From assembly GCA_011364965.1 (NCBI GenBank), contig RDOB01000004.1:32001-96000 (forward strand): a DNA stretch of 64,000 nucleotides. Reading direction: 5' to 3'. Positions 1 to 9,571 of the stretch are shown in pieces (position 1 is the first letter of the stretch; every line of letters begins with the position of its first letter). This DNA is from Candidatus Heimdallarchaeota archaeon (lineage in GTDB: Archaea; Asgardarchaeota; Heimdallarchaeia; Hodarchaeales; Hodarchaeaceae). The notes beneath the pieces are model-generated. The model worked only from the letters and a program-made list of their open reading frames with translations, was not told the origin of the DNA and made no database searches. Position numbers and translations under genes: made by a program.

Positions 1-116
1 GATATTATTTCATCAATCTCACTAGGAATAATGATGAAAGGAATGTTTAATTGACTTAATACTGCAGCTCGTGCAGGAGATTTTGAAGCTAAGATAAGGA
101 TTGGATTGGAAACCAT
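1..116 (-). CDS. maf: Maf family nucleoside-triphosphate pyrophosphatase, N-terminal part (runs off window start)
   Basis: Manual translation from ATG at 116: MVSNPILILASKSPARAAVLSQLNIPFIIIPSEIDEII, matching the Maf N-terminal LILASxSPxR...L...F...DE pattern; not in the ORF track. Confidence 0.8.
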   Translation of the reverse strand, partial: MVSNPILILASKSPARAAVLSQLNIPFIIIPSEIDEII

Positions 117-268
117 TGTTATTCAGCTCAAATAAATCGAATACTAACCCTAGAAATTAACTATTTAGTCTTCACATTGCTTGAACGCAAAAGGTCTTAA
201 AGGGGCTAGTGTTTCTCGGGCAAATTAGGAATAATTTACTTTTTACTCAAAAGGATCAGATTAAAAGA

Positions 269-1459
269 ATGCCTACTAGTAATTTAAATCGACATTTAGG
301 CAAAATCTCTTCTCGTATGACTCAAATTCAACCTTCGGGTTTACGAGAGTTATTTGATCTAGAACATAAAATTGCCAAATCCTCCTCCAATACAATTCTT
401 TCTTTTGGATTAGGAAATCTCAATATCCCCACACTTTCAGAAATAATTGAAGAAATGAAAATTGTATTAGATAATCCAGTCTCTCATAGATATTCTTCAA
501 ATGCAGGAATTCTAGCTTTGCGTGAAGCCTTATCGGAAAGATATTTTTCCAAATATCAGCTTGAATATACCACAGAACAGATACTTGTAACTGGAGGTTC
601 TTTAGAGGCGCTATTTGATGTATTTATTGCCCTCTTAGATCCTGGAGATGAAGTTCTAATTCAAGATCCAACCTTTAACCCCTATTACTCTAATCAGATA
701 ACTATTGCGGGAGGAAGAGTAAAACCTATTAAATTAAATGAGAAATTTCAGCTTGACCCGGAAAGTATCATTGAATCCCTAACTCCGAAAACTAAAGCAA
801 TATTACTCAATTTTCCTAGTAATCCTACTGGTAGCGTAATGACTCGTTCTCAGATAAAAGATGTTGTTGAAACCGCGGCTGATAATAAAATTGTGGTTAT
901 ATCGGATGAAGCATATGAGGATATTGTTTATGATAAGCATAAACATACATGTGCGGCTGAAATCGATTATGAAAATGTAATTGTTATTTCTTCGTTCTCT
1001 AAAACGTTTTCAATGACTGGATTTAGATTAGGGTATGTTTTAGGTATCCAAGAACTAATCAAACCGATCTCATTGGTACATCAACAAAATACAGCCTGTG
1101 CAAATACCCCAAGTCAAATGGCAGCAATTAAAGCTCTGCATCTTCATCCATCGATCCGTGATCCGATGATGCTTGAATTAAATAAACGGAGAAAGGAAAC
1201 AATTAAAGTTTTTACCTCAATTGAGGGAATTTCACTCCAAAATGATCCTTTAGGGGCCTTTTATATTTTCCCGAATGTTTCTGATACTGGAATGAATGGA
1301 GATGAATTTTCCAAATTTTTACTTGAAAAATGCCAAGTTGTTGTAGTTCCTGGAAGTGGATTTGGAAATACAACAAAAGATTTTGTACGAGTATCATATG
1401 GCTTTTTAAATCCAGAGGAGATCCAAGAAGCAGGTTCTCGAATCAAATCATTAATATAA
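269..1459 (+). CDS. PLP-dependent class I/II aminotransferase (aspartate aminotransferase-like)
   Basis: YSSNAGILALR, NFPSNPTG, SDEAY and SFSKTFSMTGFRLG (PLP lysine); track start is GTG 209, ATG 269 preferred. Confidence 0.9.
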   Translation: MPTSNLNRHLGKISSRMTQIQPSGLRELFDLEHKIAKSSSNTILSFGLGNLNIPTLSEIIEEMKIVLDNPVSHRYSSNAGILALREALSERYFSKYQLEYTTEQILVTGGSLEALFDVFIALLDPGDEVLIQDPTFNPYYSNQITIAGGRVKPIKLNEKFQLDPESIIESLTPKTKAILLNFPSNPTGSVMTRSQIKDVVETAADNKIVVISDEAYEDIVYDKHKHTCAAEIDYENVIVISSFSKTFSMTGFRLGYVLGIQELIKPISLVHQQNTACANTPSQMAAIKALHLHPSIRDPMMLELNKRRKETIKVFTSIEGISLQNDPLGAFYIFPNVSDTGMNGDEFSKFLLEKCQVVVVPGSGFGNTTKDFVRVSYGFLNPEEIQEAGSRIKSLI

Positions 1460-1460
1460 A

Positions 1461-2855
1461 GTGTTACAAATGACTAAACTAGATAGAAGACTCCCTCCAC
1501 CTCCTTTCAAAATCAAAGTAGTGGAACCTATTAAAATTATTCCTCAAAAAGAACGCAAATTGAGCTTAGAAGCTGCAGGATACAATATATTCAATGTAGC
1601 ATCGGAAAATGTCTATATCGATTTATTAACAGACTCAGGTACCTCTGCGATGTCTGATTTCCAATGGGCAGGACTTCTTCAGGGAGACGAAGCATATGCT
1701 CAATGTAAGAACTTTTTCCATCTTGAAAAAGTCATTAAGGAAATAACAGGCTATAAATATGTAATTCCGACTCATCAGGGTCGTAGCGCTGAAAATTTGA
1801 TATGTTTTGCTTATAATCTCAATAATGCCAAAATGGCGGTATCTAATCAATTTTTCGACACAACAAAAGCTAATATTGAAACCACAGGAGCGAAAACATT
1901 AGATCTTGTTATCCATGAAGCTTATGATACATCTTTAGTATTGGATTTCAAAGGAAATTTGGATACTAATGCATTGAAAAACACAATTGAAAAATATGAA
2001 AATATTGCCCTTATTGTATTAACTATTACCAATAACACAGGGGGAGGACAACCTGTTTCAATGAAAAATATAGCAGAAGTATCTAAAATAGCTAAATCTA
2101 ATAATATACCATTTATTTTGGATGCTGCAAGATTTGCGGAAAATGCATATTTCATTAAACTTCGTGAGAAAGGATATGGAGAAAAAACCCCAAGAGCTAT
2201 TGCGCGCGAGATGTTTTCCTATGCTGATGGTTGTATGGTAAGCGCAAAAAAAGATGGATTGGTTAATATTGGAGGATTCATCGCACTTAACGATGAGAAC
2301 ATGTTTAACAAAATTAAAGAACGTATGGTCATAATTGAAGGTTTCCCAACGTATGGAGGACTGGCAGGAAGGGATTTAGAGGCTATGGCTCGAGGATTAG
2401 AGGAAGTTCTATCAGAAGATTACCTAGAATACAGATATAATCAACTACAATATCTAGGTAACTCTCTCGCTGAGTTTGGAATCCCAGTTCTACAGCCGAT
2501 CGGGGGACATTCCGTTAATTTGGACGCACTGAAATTTTTACCTCATATCCCTCAATCGCAATTTCCAGCATGGGCTCTTGTAAATACTCTTTATGAGAGA
2601 TATGGAATAAGAGCTGTTGAGCTAGGATCAGTGATGTTTGCTAGGAAGGAAAACAATATTTGGATTTATCCTAAACTTGAACTTGTTAGATTGGCAATTC
2701 CTCGTCGAGTATACTCACAGGAACATCTAAATTATGTAATTGACTCTATCGTTGATTTATACCAGCATGGATCAGAAATTTCGGGTTATGAAATCACATA
2801 TGATCCTGGGGTACTTAGGCATTTTAATGCACGATTTAAACCTATTGTAAAATAG
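1461..2855 (+). CDS. tnaA: Tryptophanase
   Basis: DLLTDSGT, THQGR, SAKKDG (PLP lysine), RLAIPRRVY; GIRAVELG and LRHFNARF are tryptophanase-type rather than tyrosine phenol-lyase-type (ERG, LRFF). Confidence 0.9.
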   Translation: MLQMTKLDRRLPPPPFKIKVVEPIKIIPQKERKLSLEAAGYNIFNVASENVYIDLLTDSGTSAMSDFQWAGLLQGDEAYAQCKNFFHLEKVIKEITGYKYVIPTHQGRSAENLICFAYNLNNAKMAVSNQFFDTTKANIETTGAKTLDLVIHEAYDTSLVLDFKGNLDTNALKNTIEKYENIALIVLTITNNTGGGQPVSMKNIAEVSKIAKSNNIPFILDAARFAENAYFIKLREKGYGEKTPRAIAREMFSYADGCMVSAKKDGLVNIGGFIALNDENMFNKIKERMVIIEGFPTYGGLAGRDLEAMARGLEEVLSEDYLEYRYNQLQYLGNSLAEFGIPVLQPIGGHSVNLDALKFLPHIPQSQFPAWALVNTLYERYGIRAVELGSVMFARKENNIWIYPKLELVRLAIPRRVYSQEHLNYVIDSIVDLYQHGSEISGYEITYDPGVLRHFNARFKPIVK

Positions 2856-2860
2856 AAAGA

Positions 2861-2930
2861 GGTTTCAAGGAGAGGAAACTCTCCAAAAACCGTATAACAA
2901 CGAGAACTCCAATCTCCCATGCATTCTCGT
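2861..2930. terminator. Two stem-loops between convergent tnaA and Zn-ribbon genes
   Basis: GGAGAG-GAAA-CTCTCC (2869-2884) with outer GGTTT/AAACC; ACGAGAA (2900-2906) pairs with TTCTCGT (2924-2930). Confidence 0.45.
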
Positions 2931-2943
2931 GGCAATTTGGTAT

Positions 2944-3156
2944 TTAGGCAATTAGACGACGTGATAGGTAGTCAGATAGTTTTTTACTACGTGGAATTTT
3001 AGTGACAAAAGCATCCATACCGCATTCTCCACATTTTAATCGAAGAGTGCTATGGTTAACGATGGTTGTAATACTATGAGTTTGACACCAAGGGCACACG
3101 AGTTCCATTTCTGCCTGATGATGTAAATCAACATTTTCTTCAATTTCGATGGTCAT
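2944..3156 (-). CDS. Small zinc-ribbon protein (70 aa)
   Basis: CPWC...CGECG motif; GGAGG ribosome-binding site at 3164-3168. Confidence 0.8.
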   Translation of the reverse strand: MTIEIEENVDLHHQAEMELVCPWCQTHSITTIVNHSTLRLKCGECGMDAFVTKIPRSKKLSDYLSRRLIA

Positions 3157-3159
3157 TTA

Positions 3160-3300
3160 TTAACCTCCTGTCTTTTTCAAGGATGGAAAACTTCCCATTT
3201 CTGGCTTGTTTTCCGATACAGCATGGCTGTATCACACCGAGACACTCTCGGGAAACCCTTTCCTGCACGGAAACGCCACCAACTAGAAGCTAGTAGCGGG
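3160..3300 (-). ncRNA. Structured 5' leader RNA (riboswitch-like, family unassigned)
   Basis: Hairpins at 3274-3298, 3259-3273, 3237-3251 and 3215-3233, plus alternative pairings near the RBS; TTTATA box at about 3323-3328 just upstream. Confidence 0.5.
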
Positions 3301-3517
3301 ATTAGAATCTTACTTTTATCACTATAAAAACATTCTGATAAGTAATATTGTAAGAATTTACAAAATGTATATTATTTGAAGAATTATGAAATGTATTTGT
3401 CGGACGGGTTTTAAAAAAACCTTGATCAAGTTGTATTCTAGTTGAAATAAAATATTATCAGGCTTATACATATAATATTAATTCTATTCAAAACACATAA
3501 CACAACACTTTATAGGA

Positions 3518-4714
3518 ATGAATGTGGATTCAGTGAGTTCAGATGAAAATATAAATCAAATTGGATGCAAATTTGCATTGGTAGGACCTGAATTAAAATT
3601 ACAAAAAAATGTTATTCTAGAATTAAATGAAAATGGAACTATTTTAAAAATTACTCCTAATGCGAACATAAAAAGAAGATCTGCTAATGTCAGCTTTCCA
3701 CACCACTTAATTATACCTAAGCTAATAAATTCGCATATTCATCTGGGGGATAGTGCATTAAAAGACCAAGCATTTAATTTATCTTTAGATGAAGCGGTAG
3801 GGAAAACAGGACTTAAATATCAAGTAAATTCCTACTCAAAATCTGAAAGGATTGCTGCAATGAAAAATTCAATTAAAGAAATGATTTATTCAGGAACTTC
3901 AACCTGCTTAGATTTTCGAGAAGGAGGAATTGAGGGAATTAAAGAATTAATTGTAGCAAAGGAAAACTTACCTATTAATATTCAATGTTTTGGTAGATTT
4001 AACAATTCTAAAATCTTAATTGATGAAATTAGTTTATATAATGGTCTTGGCTTGTCAACTCCGATCGATTATACACTTAAGGAAATGGAGAAATTAAAAC
4101 TAATTTCTCAAGAGAACAATCTTGCTATAGCTACCCATATTGGAGAAAATGAAATGGTGATTAGCGAAGCTACGAATCAATTTGGGGATTCAGATCTTAA
4201 CATCGCTCTAAATTATTTAGATCCCAAAATTTTGGTTCATTTAATCGTTACTAGTGAAGCAGACAGAAAAAAAATCCCTAAATCTAAGTTCTTGGTATTC
4301 TGTCCAAGAGCAAATGCGTATTTTGGTCTAGGGTTTCCTCCAGTTGATTATTTCGTTCAAGCAGGATATAAAATTGGATTAGGAACCGATAACGTCATGA
4401 TTACATCTCCAAATATAATTGAAGAATTAAAATGGACATTATTGAGATTAAGGGAGAAAAAGTTATTTCTGGATCCTATTGAAGCATTAAAAATGATAAC
4501 AATTAATCCAGCTTTTAATTTAAATATCAATTCAGGTTGCTTGTATCCAAATTTCAGCGGAGATGCTTTGATAGTCAACTTAAAGACAGCAAGGACAAAT
4601 TTTAGTGAAGATCCTATTAAAAATCTTCTATTTAGAGCCCAATTCCCTTCAGATATCGATATGAATCTCTTTCATGGGAAACAAATTGGAAATGAAGAAA
4701 TTGCTTGTAAATAA
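3518..4714 (+). CDS. Metal-dependent amidohydrolase/deaminase (cytosine-deaminase/SsnA-like)
   Basis: NSHIHLGD (HxH), THIGE, LVHL, CPRAN, GLGTDN. Confidence 0.85.
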   Translation: MNVDSVSSDENINQIGCKFALVGPELKLQKNVILELNENGTILKITPNANIKRRSANVSFPHHLIIPKLINSHIHLGDSALKDQAFNLSLDEAVGKTGLKYQVNSYSKSERIAAMKNSIKEMIYSGTSTCLDFREGGIEGIKELIVAKENLPINIQCFGRFNNSKILIDEISLYNGLGLSTPIDYTLKEMEKLKLISQENNLAIATHIGENEMVISEATNQFGDSDLNIALNYLDPKILVHLIVTSEADRKKIPKSKFLVFCPRANAYFGLGFPPVDYFVQAGYKIGLGTDNVMITSPNIIEELKWTLLRLREKKLFLDPIEALKMITINPAFNLNINSGCLYPNFSGDALIVNLKTARTNFSEDPIKNLLFRAQFPSDIDMNLFHGKQIGNEEIACK

Positions 4715-5396
4715 ACCCTGGGTAATACTTTCTGCAGCCATTAGTCTAGATGGAAAAATTTCCACCTTGTATGAAAATTCAGAGCTTTCAAATCTTGAGG
4801 ATTGGAGTCGAGTCCATAAACTTAGAGCTAATTCAGACGCAATTATGGTGGGAAGTGGAACTATACGAACAGATAATTCCAAACTTACTGTGAAAGATGA
4901 ATTAATCGGAAGAAAACCTAAAAACCATCCTATCCGCATTGTTGTTAGTTCTAGGGGAGATCTTCCCTTTGATGCCCGTATATTTACAAATATTCCAGAA
5001 AATCCTTTAACGATATTAGCTACAACTAAACTTTGCCCTACTAATGTTAAAAAGAAGTTTGAGAATCTGGGTGTTGAGGTTCTCATTTGTGGAGATGGAC
5101 CTTTAACTGATTTGCCTCTGTTATTAGAAAAACTCTACATTGACTACAATATTAGAAATTTGATGGTAGAAGGGGGAAGTAAGTTGAATGGGAGTTTATT
5201 GGAGCAAAAATTAATAGATGAAGTTCAACTCGCAATAGCTCCAGTCATTTGTGGAGAAGGTATTCCTCTTTTTTCTTTAAAACAGCCTATCGAAAATTTC
5301 TCAGAATCCCCCACGTTCTCCTTTCAAAATTTAAAGTCTATTGGAGATATGATTTGGATCAGGATTCTCATAGATTATAAAAAAAGGGAAGTGTAA
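4692..5396 (+). CDS. arfC: 2,5-diamino-6-(ribosylamino)-4(3H)-pyrimidinone 5'-phosphate reductase (RibD C-terminal/Rib7-like)
   Basis: AISLDGKI, RVHKLRA, DAIMVGSGTIRTDN, LMVEGG; track start 4674, ATG 4692 preferred. Confidence 0.85.
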   Translation: MKKLLVNKPWVILSAAISLDGKISTLYENSELSNLEDWSRVHKLRANSDAIMVGSGTIRTDNSKLTVKDELIGRKPKNHPIRIVVSSRGDLPFDARIFTNIPENPLTILATTKLCPTNVKKKFENLGVEVLICGDGPLTDLPLLLEKLYIDYNIRNLMVEGGSKLNGSLLEQKLIDEVQLAIAPVICGEGIPLFSLKQPIENFSESPTFSFQNLKSIGDMIWIRILIDYKKREV

Positions 5397-5433
5397 TCCT
5401 TCCCATTGGTTTTCAAATGATAAAATTGATCCC

Positions 5434-6390
5434 CTATATAAATGAAGAAGCTGCAAAAAGAGAAATAAATGTCAAAATATATGGGATAATTGCATAAATT
5501 AGTGCAATGAATATAGCATGAGATCCTTGATTATCAATGGCTTTAGCAGCAAAATATATTAGAATAACACCTAACAGATGAAAGATTATTCCCAAAACGA
5601 AAAATATAATTCCTGTCTCCCCAGAAGTTCCAATTGTATCGATTGCAATTAAGTCAGCACTACTATTGACAGTTAGAGTCATTGGTTCAATAAAAAAAGC
5701 ATAATATGCTAGATTGAATATCTCTTCTATTATTGAAGGGAGATAGGTCCAACCTATGATTGTTGCCGCAGTTTTAAAATTTCTTTGATATGACGGGATT
5801 GAGGATGAAATAATTGCAAATAGTCCCCAAAGAATTAAGGAATTAATAATCCATTCAAATAAAAAATTCAATGGAGCCGTGAAAGCCCCTAGTAGTAAAG
5901 AAAATTGCATTATATCAGCAAGTGTACTAGGATCAAGAGGTCCAGATGGATCCATCCCCATACTTTCAAAGAAAGCGGATGAAAAAGTTATGTTCATTTT
6001 ACTAAAGAGAATATATGATGCAAAACCACCAATTAACCCTACTATAACAATCAAAATGATTGGTTGTCCTAGATTTGGCCTTTTTGCGATTTCTGCCATT
6101 TCTTTTTGAGGTGCTGTGATTACTCCACGGAAATGTTGGAGAAACGGAAGGGGTGGTTCTCTTCTATCCCCATATTGATAAGGAAAACTTCTTCCTGAAT
6201 CATATGGAATCGTTGAAATTCTGCTAGAATCAGAATATGAAGAGGACGGAGTTTTGATTACACCTTGTGAGTCGATTTGGGGAACTTTTTCCCCACAATA
6301 AGCGCAGAATGTAGCATTCTGGAGAATTTCCTTACCACAATTTCCACAATATCTTGGTGATTGAAAGTGAGAATTCAATATTCTAAACAT
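5434..6390 (-). CDS. Zinc-ribbon + Yip1-domain membrane protein
   Basis: CGNCG...FCAYCG N-terminus; 'VITAPQKEMAEIAKRP' followed by five hydrophobic segments with 'FKTAATIIGWTYLP', typical of Yip1 domains. Confidence 0.75.
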   Translation of the reverse strand: MFRILNSHFQSPRYCGNCGKEILQNATFCAYCGEKVPQIDSQGVIKTPSSSYSDSSRISTIPYDSGRSFPYQYGDRREPPLPFLQHFRGVITAPQKEMAEIAKRPNLGQPIILIVIVGLIGGFASYILFSKMNITFSSAFFESMGMDPSGPLDPSTLADIMQFSLLLGAFTAPLNFLFEWIINSLILWGLFAIISSSIPSYQRNFKTAATIIGWTYLPSIIEEIFNLAYYAFFIEPMTLTVNSSADLIAIDTIGTSGETGIIFFVLGIIFHLLGVILIYFAAKAIDNQGSHAIFIALIYAIIPYILTFISLFAASSFI

Positions 6391-6576
6391 CCTTTAAAAT
6401 TATGCTTTGAAGTATAGTTGAATATTTTCTTCTGTGAAATAAAAGTGTTGTTTTTACAGAAAGCATAATGTTAATTTCAAAAGAAAACAAAAAAATAATT
6501 CAATTAAGAGATTATTGTTTTTAAAAGAAAAGAAAGCATAATAGAAAGAGGTATAGGATATTTAATGGAAAAAAGC

Positions 6577-6891
6577 TTATGATCGATCCTTTAGCACAAC
6601 AATTGTAAAACTTGCTGCCTCATCAGGGGTAATTATCAATTCTGATTGGGGCATTTCTATATAAACGCTTTGAAGCTTCCCGTGATTTAAAGCATCAGAC
6701 ACACTTCTGACTTTTTTCACCAAAGATGCAACATGGGCTGATACTCGTTCAGCATCGGATTGTGGTAGGTTACTTTGTAGTGGCAATCCATCTTCATCAC
6801 ATACAAGGATTCCTTTCACTCCACGTCGGGCTGCAAGTCGTTTAATCGTATTTTGAAGAACTGAAGGTATTACATATTCATCATTGGACAT
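6577..6891 (-). CDS. Roadblock/LC7 protein (dynein light chain roadblock-like)
   Basis: IKRLAARRGVKGILVCDEDGLPLQSNL; ELIITPD; 104 aa. Confidence 0.9.
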   Translation of the reverse strand: MSNDEYVIPSVLQNTIKRLAARRGVKGILVCDEDGLPLQSNLPQSDAERVSAHVASLVKKVRSVSDALNHGKLQSVYIEMPQSELIITPDEAASFTIVVLKDRS

Positions 6892-6899
6892 TTTATCAC

Positions 6900-7241
6900 C
6901 TATTTTAATGTTGAGGGACCACCTTCCCTCTTGACAAGAGCAACAATTATTATTTCAGAGTCAAAATCAGGAATGATTTCGACATCACCAACTTCTAATT
7001 CTAATCTGATACTGCGAGCCACTTCCTTAGAAATCTCTTTAGATATATATTTCACCTTACCCACTAATGAGGCCACATTCGCTGCTACATTTTCTGTATC
7101 CTCTGATGGTAAACTTGATTGAAGTGGTAATCCATCTGTATCACATAGAACTGCTCCATATACTCCCTTGTGTTTTCCTACTGATTCTATTACTTTTTCC
7201 AGTGCTTGTTGGGATAAATATCCTGCTCCTTGTTGTGACAT
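6900..7241 (-). CDS. Roadblock/LC7 protein
   Basis: HKGVYGAVLCDTDGLPLQSSL; VASLVGKV; paralog of the adjacent gene. Confidence 0.9.
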   Translation of the reverse strand: MSQQGAGYLSQQALEKVIESVGKHKGVYGAVLCDTDGLPLQSSLPSEDTENVAANVASLVGKVKYISKEISKEVARSIRLELEVGDVEIIPDFDSEIIIVALVKREGGPSTLK

Positions 7242-7574
7242 TTTTCTTCAGAATCCGTATTATTTAAGGATACTTTTAACCTTTTGCTTTCTAATCCTAT
7301 TTTATTAGATTCTTATTTCTCTGTGCTTCAAGTAAGCTATAATGTAGATCAAAAGAAATAGAGAATGGATAAACTTTTATGACATATAATTTAGTATAAT
7401 TCTAATAAAAAATTTAATTTCATCGGTTTCCCACTGAATTAATAGACCTAACGTCAAGAAATGGAAATCATTCGATATTTCAGTATGAATACTAAAAATT
7501 CAGAGAAAAATATAGGGCTTTCAAACAAAGTTCCGTCACAGATAGCTTTAAATGTCAAAGACTTGTAGGGTCAT

Positions 7575-8024
7575 ATGATAAAATACTTGTGTGTGACATT
7601 TATGTCTGATAACAAGAAAAAGGTAAATCAAGAGCCAGAGGATAAATTGAATCTGATTTTAGACGCAATGAACACTCTAGCTGAACGTATTTCTAGTTTA
7701 GATAATAGAATTTCGAAGATAGAAGAAAAAATTGCCTCTACAGAAATTATAAATGAGGTGAATTTTGAAGGAAACGATAACGACCAAAGACAAAGTAAAT
7801 TTAATTTTAATGAACTAGACAAACATTTACGGGATACTTATGACATTTTATCTAACTCTAACAAACCCATGACCGCTTCAGATGTCGCGGAGAGAAGAGG
7901 ATTGAGTCGAAGTACGATCAGTTATCACTTGAACCAATTAGTTACTTATGGATTAGCAAGTAAGGATCAAGGAAGAGCACCAGATTCTAAAAAAGTATTT
8001 TTCCAACCGAAAGATCCTGAATAA
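7575..8024 (+). CDS. Coiled-coil + winged-helix DNA-binding protein
   Basis: Heptad segment LAERISSLDNRISKIEEKI; PMTASDVAERRGLSRSTISYHLNQLVTYG HTH; real start possibly ATG 7602. Confidence 0.75.
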   Translation: MIKYLCVTFMSDNKKKVNQEPEDKLNLILDAMNTLAERISSLDNRISKIEEKIASTEIINEVNFEGNDNDQRQSKFNFNELDKHLRDTYDILSNSNKPMTASDVAERRGLSRSTISYHLNQLVTYGLASKDQGRAPDSKKVFFQPKDPE

Positions 8025-8071
8025 CATCAATAATCAGAAAAAAAGAGAAAATGGGGGAAAAAAAGAGGATA

Positions 8072-8617
8072 TTATTGAGAAGTGTATGATAGAATGTCTT
8101 CCCCAAGATAAGCAAAAGCCTTCTTTACTCCTTCTCCAGTTTTAGCTGATGTTTCTATGAATTTTATGCCGAGTTTTGCGGCCAATTTGCTACCTTCTTC
8201 CGTAGAAACCGTTTCAGCTCCTTCCTCACGAAGGTCTATTTTATTCGCTAGAAGAACTACTGGTACTTTTGTTTCACGGCCAGAATTTGCCCAGAGGTCA
8301 TTTAGCCATTTCTCTGCATTCTCAAAAGTTTGGCGACGAGTAACATCATATACAAGTACACCACCAAATATCTTTGTATAGTAGGCTTTTACGACTTCTT
8401 TAAAGACAGGTTGACCTGCTAAGTCCCAAATTTGCCACCGAATTTGAGTACTCCCAATCTCGGTATCATATAGGGCAAAATCAGCTCCCATTGTACTCAA
8501 ATAGTCAGTATCAAAACCTTCACCAAGATATCGTTTTCGTAAAGAAGTTTTCCCGACAGCTCCATCACCAGCTAATACTATTTTCCATAATCGTCGATCG
8601 TCTGAAATTTTTCTCAC
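8072..8617 (-). CDS. Rab-like small GTPase
   Basis: G1 GDGAVGKT, G2 YLSTMGADF, G3 IWDLAGQ, G4 NKID, G5 ETSAK; no C-terminal Cys prenylation motif. Confidence 0.95.
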   Translation of the reverse strand: MRKISDDRRLWKIVLAGDGAVGKTSLRKRYLGEGFDTDYLSTMGADFALYDTEIGSTQIRWQIWDLAGQPVFKEVVKAYYTKIFGGVLVYDVTRRQTFENAEKWLNDLWANSGRETKVPVVLLANKIDLREEGAETVSTEEGSKLAAKLGIKFIETSAKTGEGVKKAFAYLGEDILSYTSQ

Positions 8618-8622
8618 CTTTC

Positions 8623-9369
8623 CTAATTAGGTAATTTTAATGATATCAAGGTATCTCGTACCCATTGTGTGAATGTAATATCGTTACTTACAATCCGATC
8701 TACTTGAATTTTGTAATCAGAGGCTGCAATTTCGGTAGGAATGATTATAAATGAATCCTTATTTGCAACAGGTTGCAAACGAATCATAGGTTTCTCAACT
8801 TTGGATGCATCATCAGCAGCAGCTAATTCCAACTCAAGTAAAAATAGAAAATCCTTTGTTTTTATATCATCGAATCCATATTTAACCATATTGTCTTCAG
8901 GTTTTAAATCTAGTAACACCCGACTCCATTCGCTAATCCAATATTCATCTGTAAACCAGTGTTCTAGGTATTCCTTTCTTCGAGCTCGTAATTCGCTCAA
9001 AACAACCATATAACGGATCATCCCTTCCCGAACTCTTTTCATTAAGTTCAATCCTGGTTTATCATACAGTTCATTTAACTTAGCTCGCTCTTTACTTAGG
9101 AGGACCATAATTTTTACAATTTCCTCAAGTTCCCGATCACTAGCGATGGGAACGTACTTTGATACTTTTTCTAACCAAGAAATCGTATTTACAACTTCCT
9201 GTTCTGAAACTTCCTTACCACGAATTGCAGCAAGGGTCTTTTGAATCAGACCTTTATTTTTGATTATTTCAATATGCTCTTTCTTCTGAGCCATCTTACG
9301 ATTTTTTATCATTTCCTCAACTTTAATCGTAGCATACTGGTCGTGTTGTCGTTCCAATTTCGATTTCAC
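8623..9369 (-). CDS. Hypothetical protein, co-transcribed with the Rab-like GTPase
   Basis: 248-aa mostly helical ORF ending 5 bp before the GTPase start. Confidence 0.7.
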   Translation of the reverse strand: MKSKLERQHDQYATIKVEEMIKNRKMAQKKEHIEIIKNKGLIQKTLAAIRGKEVSEQEVVNTISWLEKVSKYVPIASDRELEEIVKIMVLLSKERAKLNELYDKPGLNLMKRVREGMIRYMVVLSELRARRKEYLEHWFTDEYWISEWSRVLLDLKPEDNMVKYGFDDIKTKDFLFLLELELAAADDASKVEKPMIRLQPVANKDSFIIIPTEIAASDYKIQVDRIVSNDITFTQWVRDTLISLKLPN

Positions 9370-9571
9370 CTTCTCTTATATCAAGGTAACGAAAAATAAT
9401 AAAAAATACCTTCGTTTAGAATCATTCGGAGTCATTTAACTGCTTAGAATTCGTGAATGTTATCACATAAATAAATGTTGATACTGCCAAATTTGTAGTT
9501 TTGTATTTAAAAGATTTTTAACGCGGAGAGTAATGCTTACTAATTCATTCTTCTTCTTTTTTAATGTTAAA

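Noticed and set aside
1461-2855. Tyrosine phenol-lyase
   Set aside because: Has AVELG and LRHF rather than the TPL-specific ERG and LRFF
3195-3275. Cobalamin riboswitch identity for the leader (GCUGUA...AAGCCAG and GGGAAG words)
   Set aside because: The core AGGGAA-CCGGUG-AA-UCC and B12-box order are not reproduced; left unassigned
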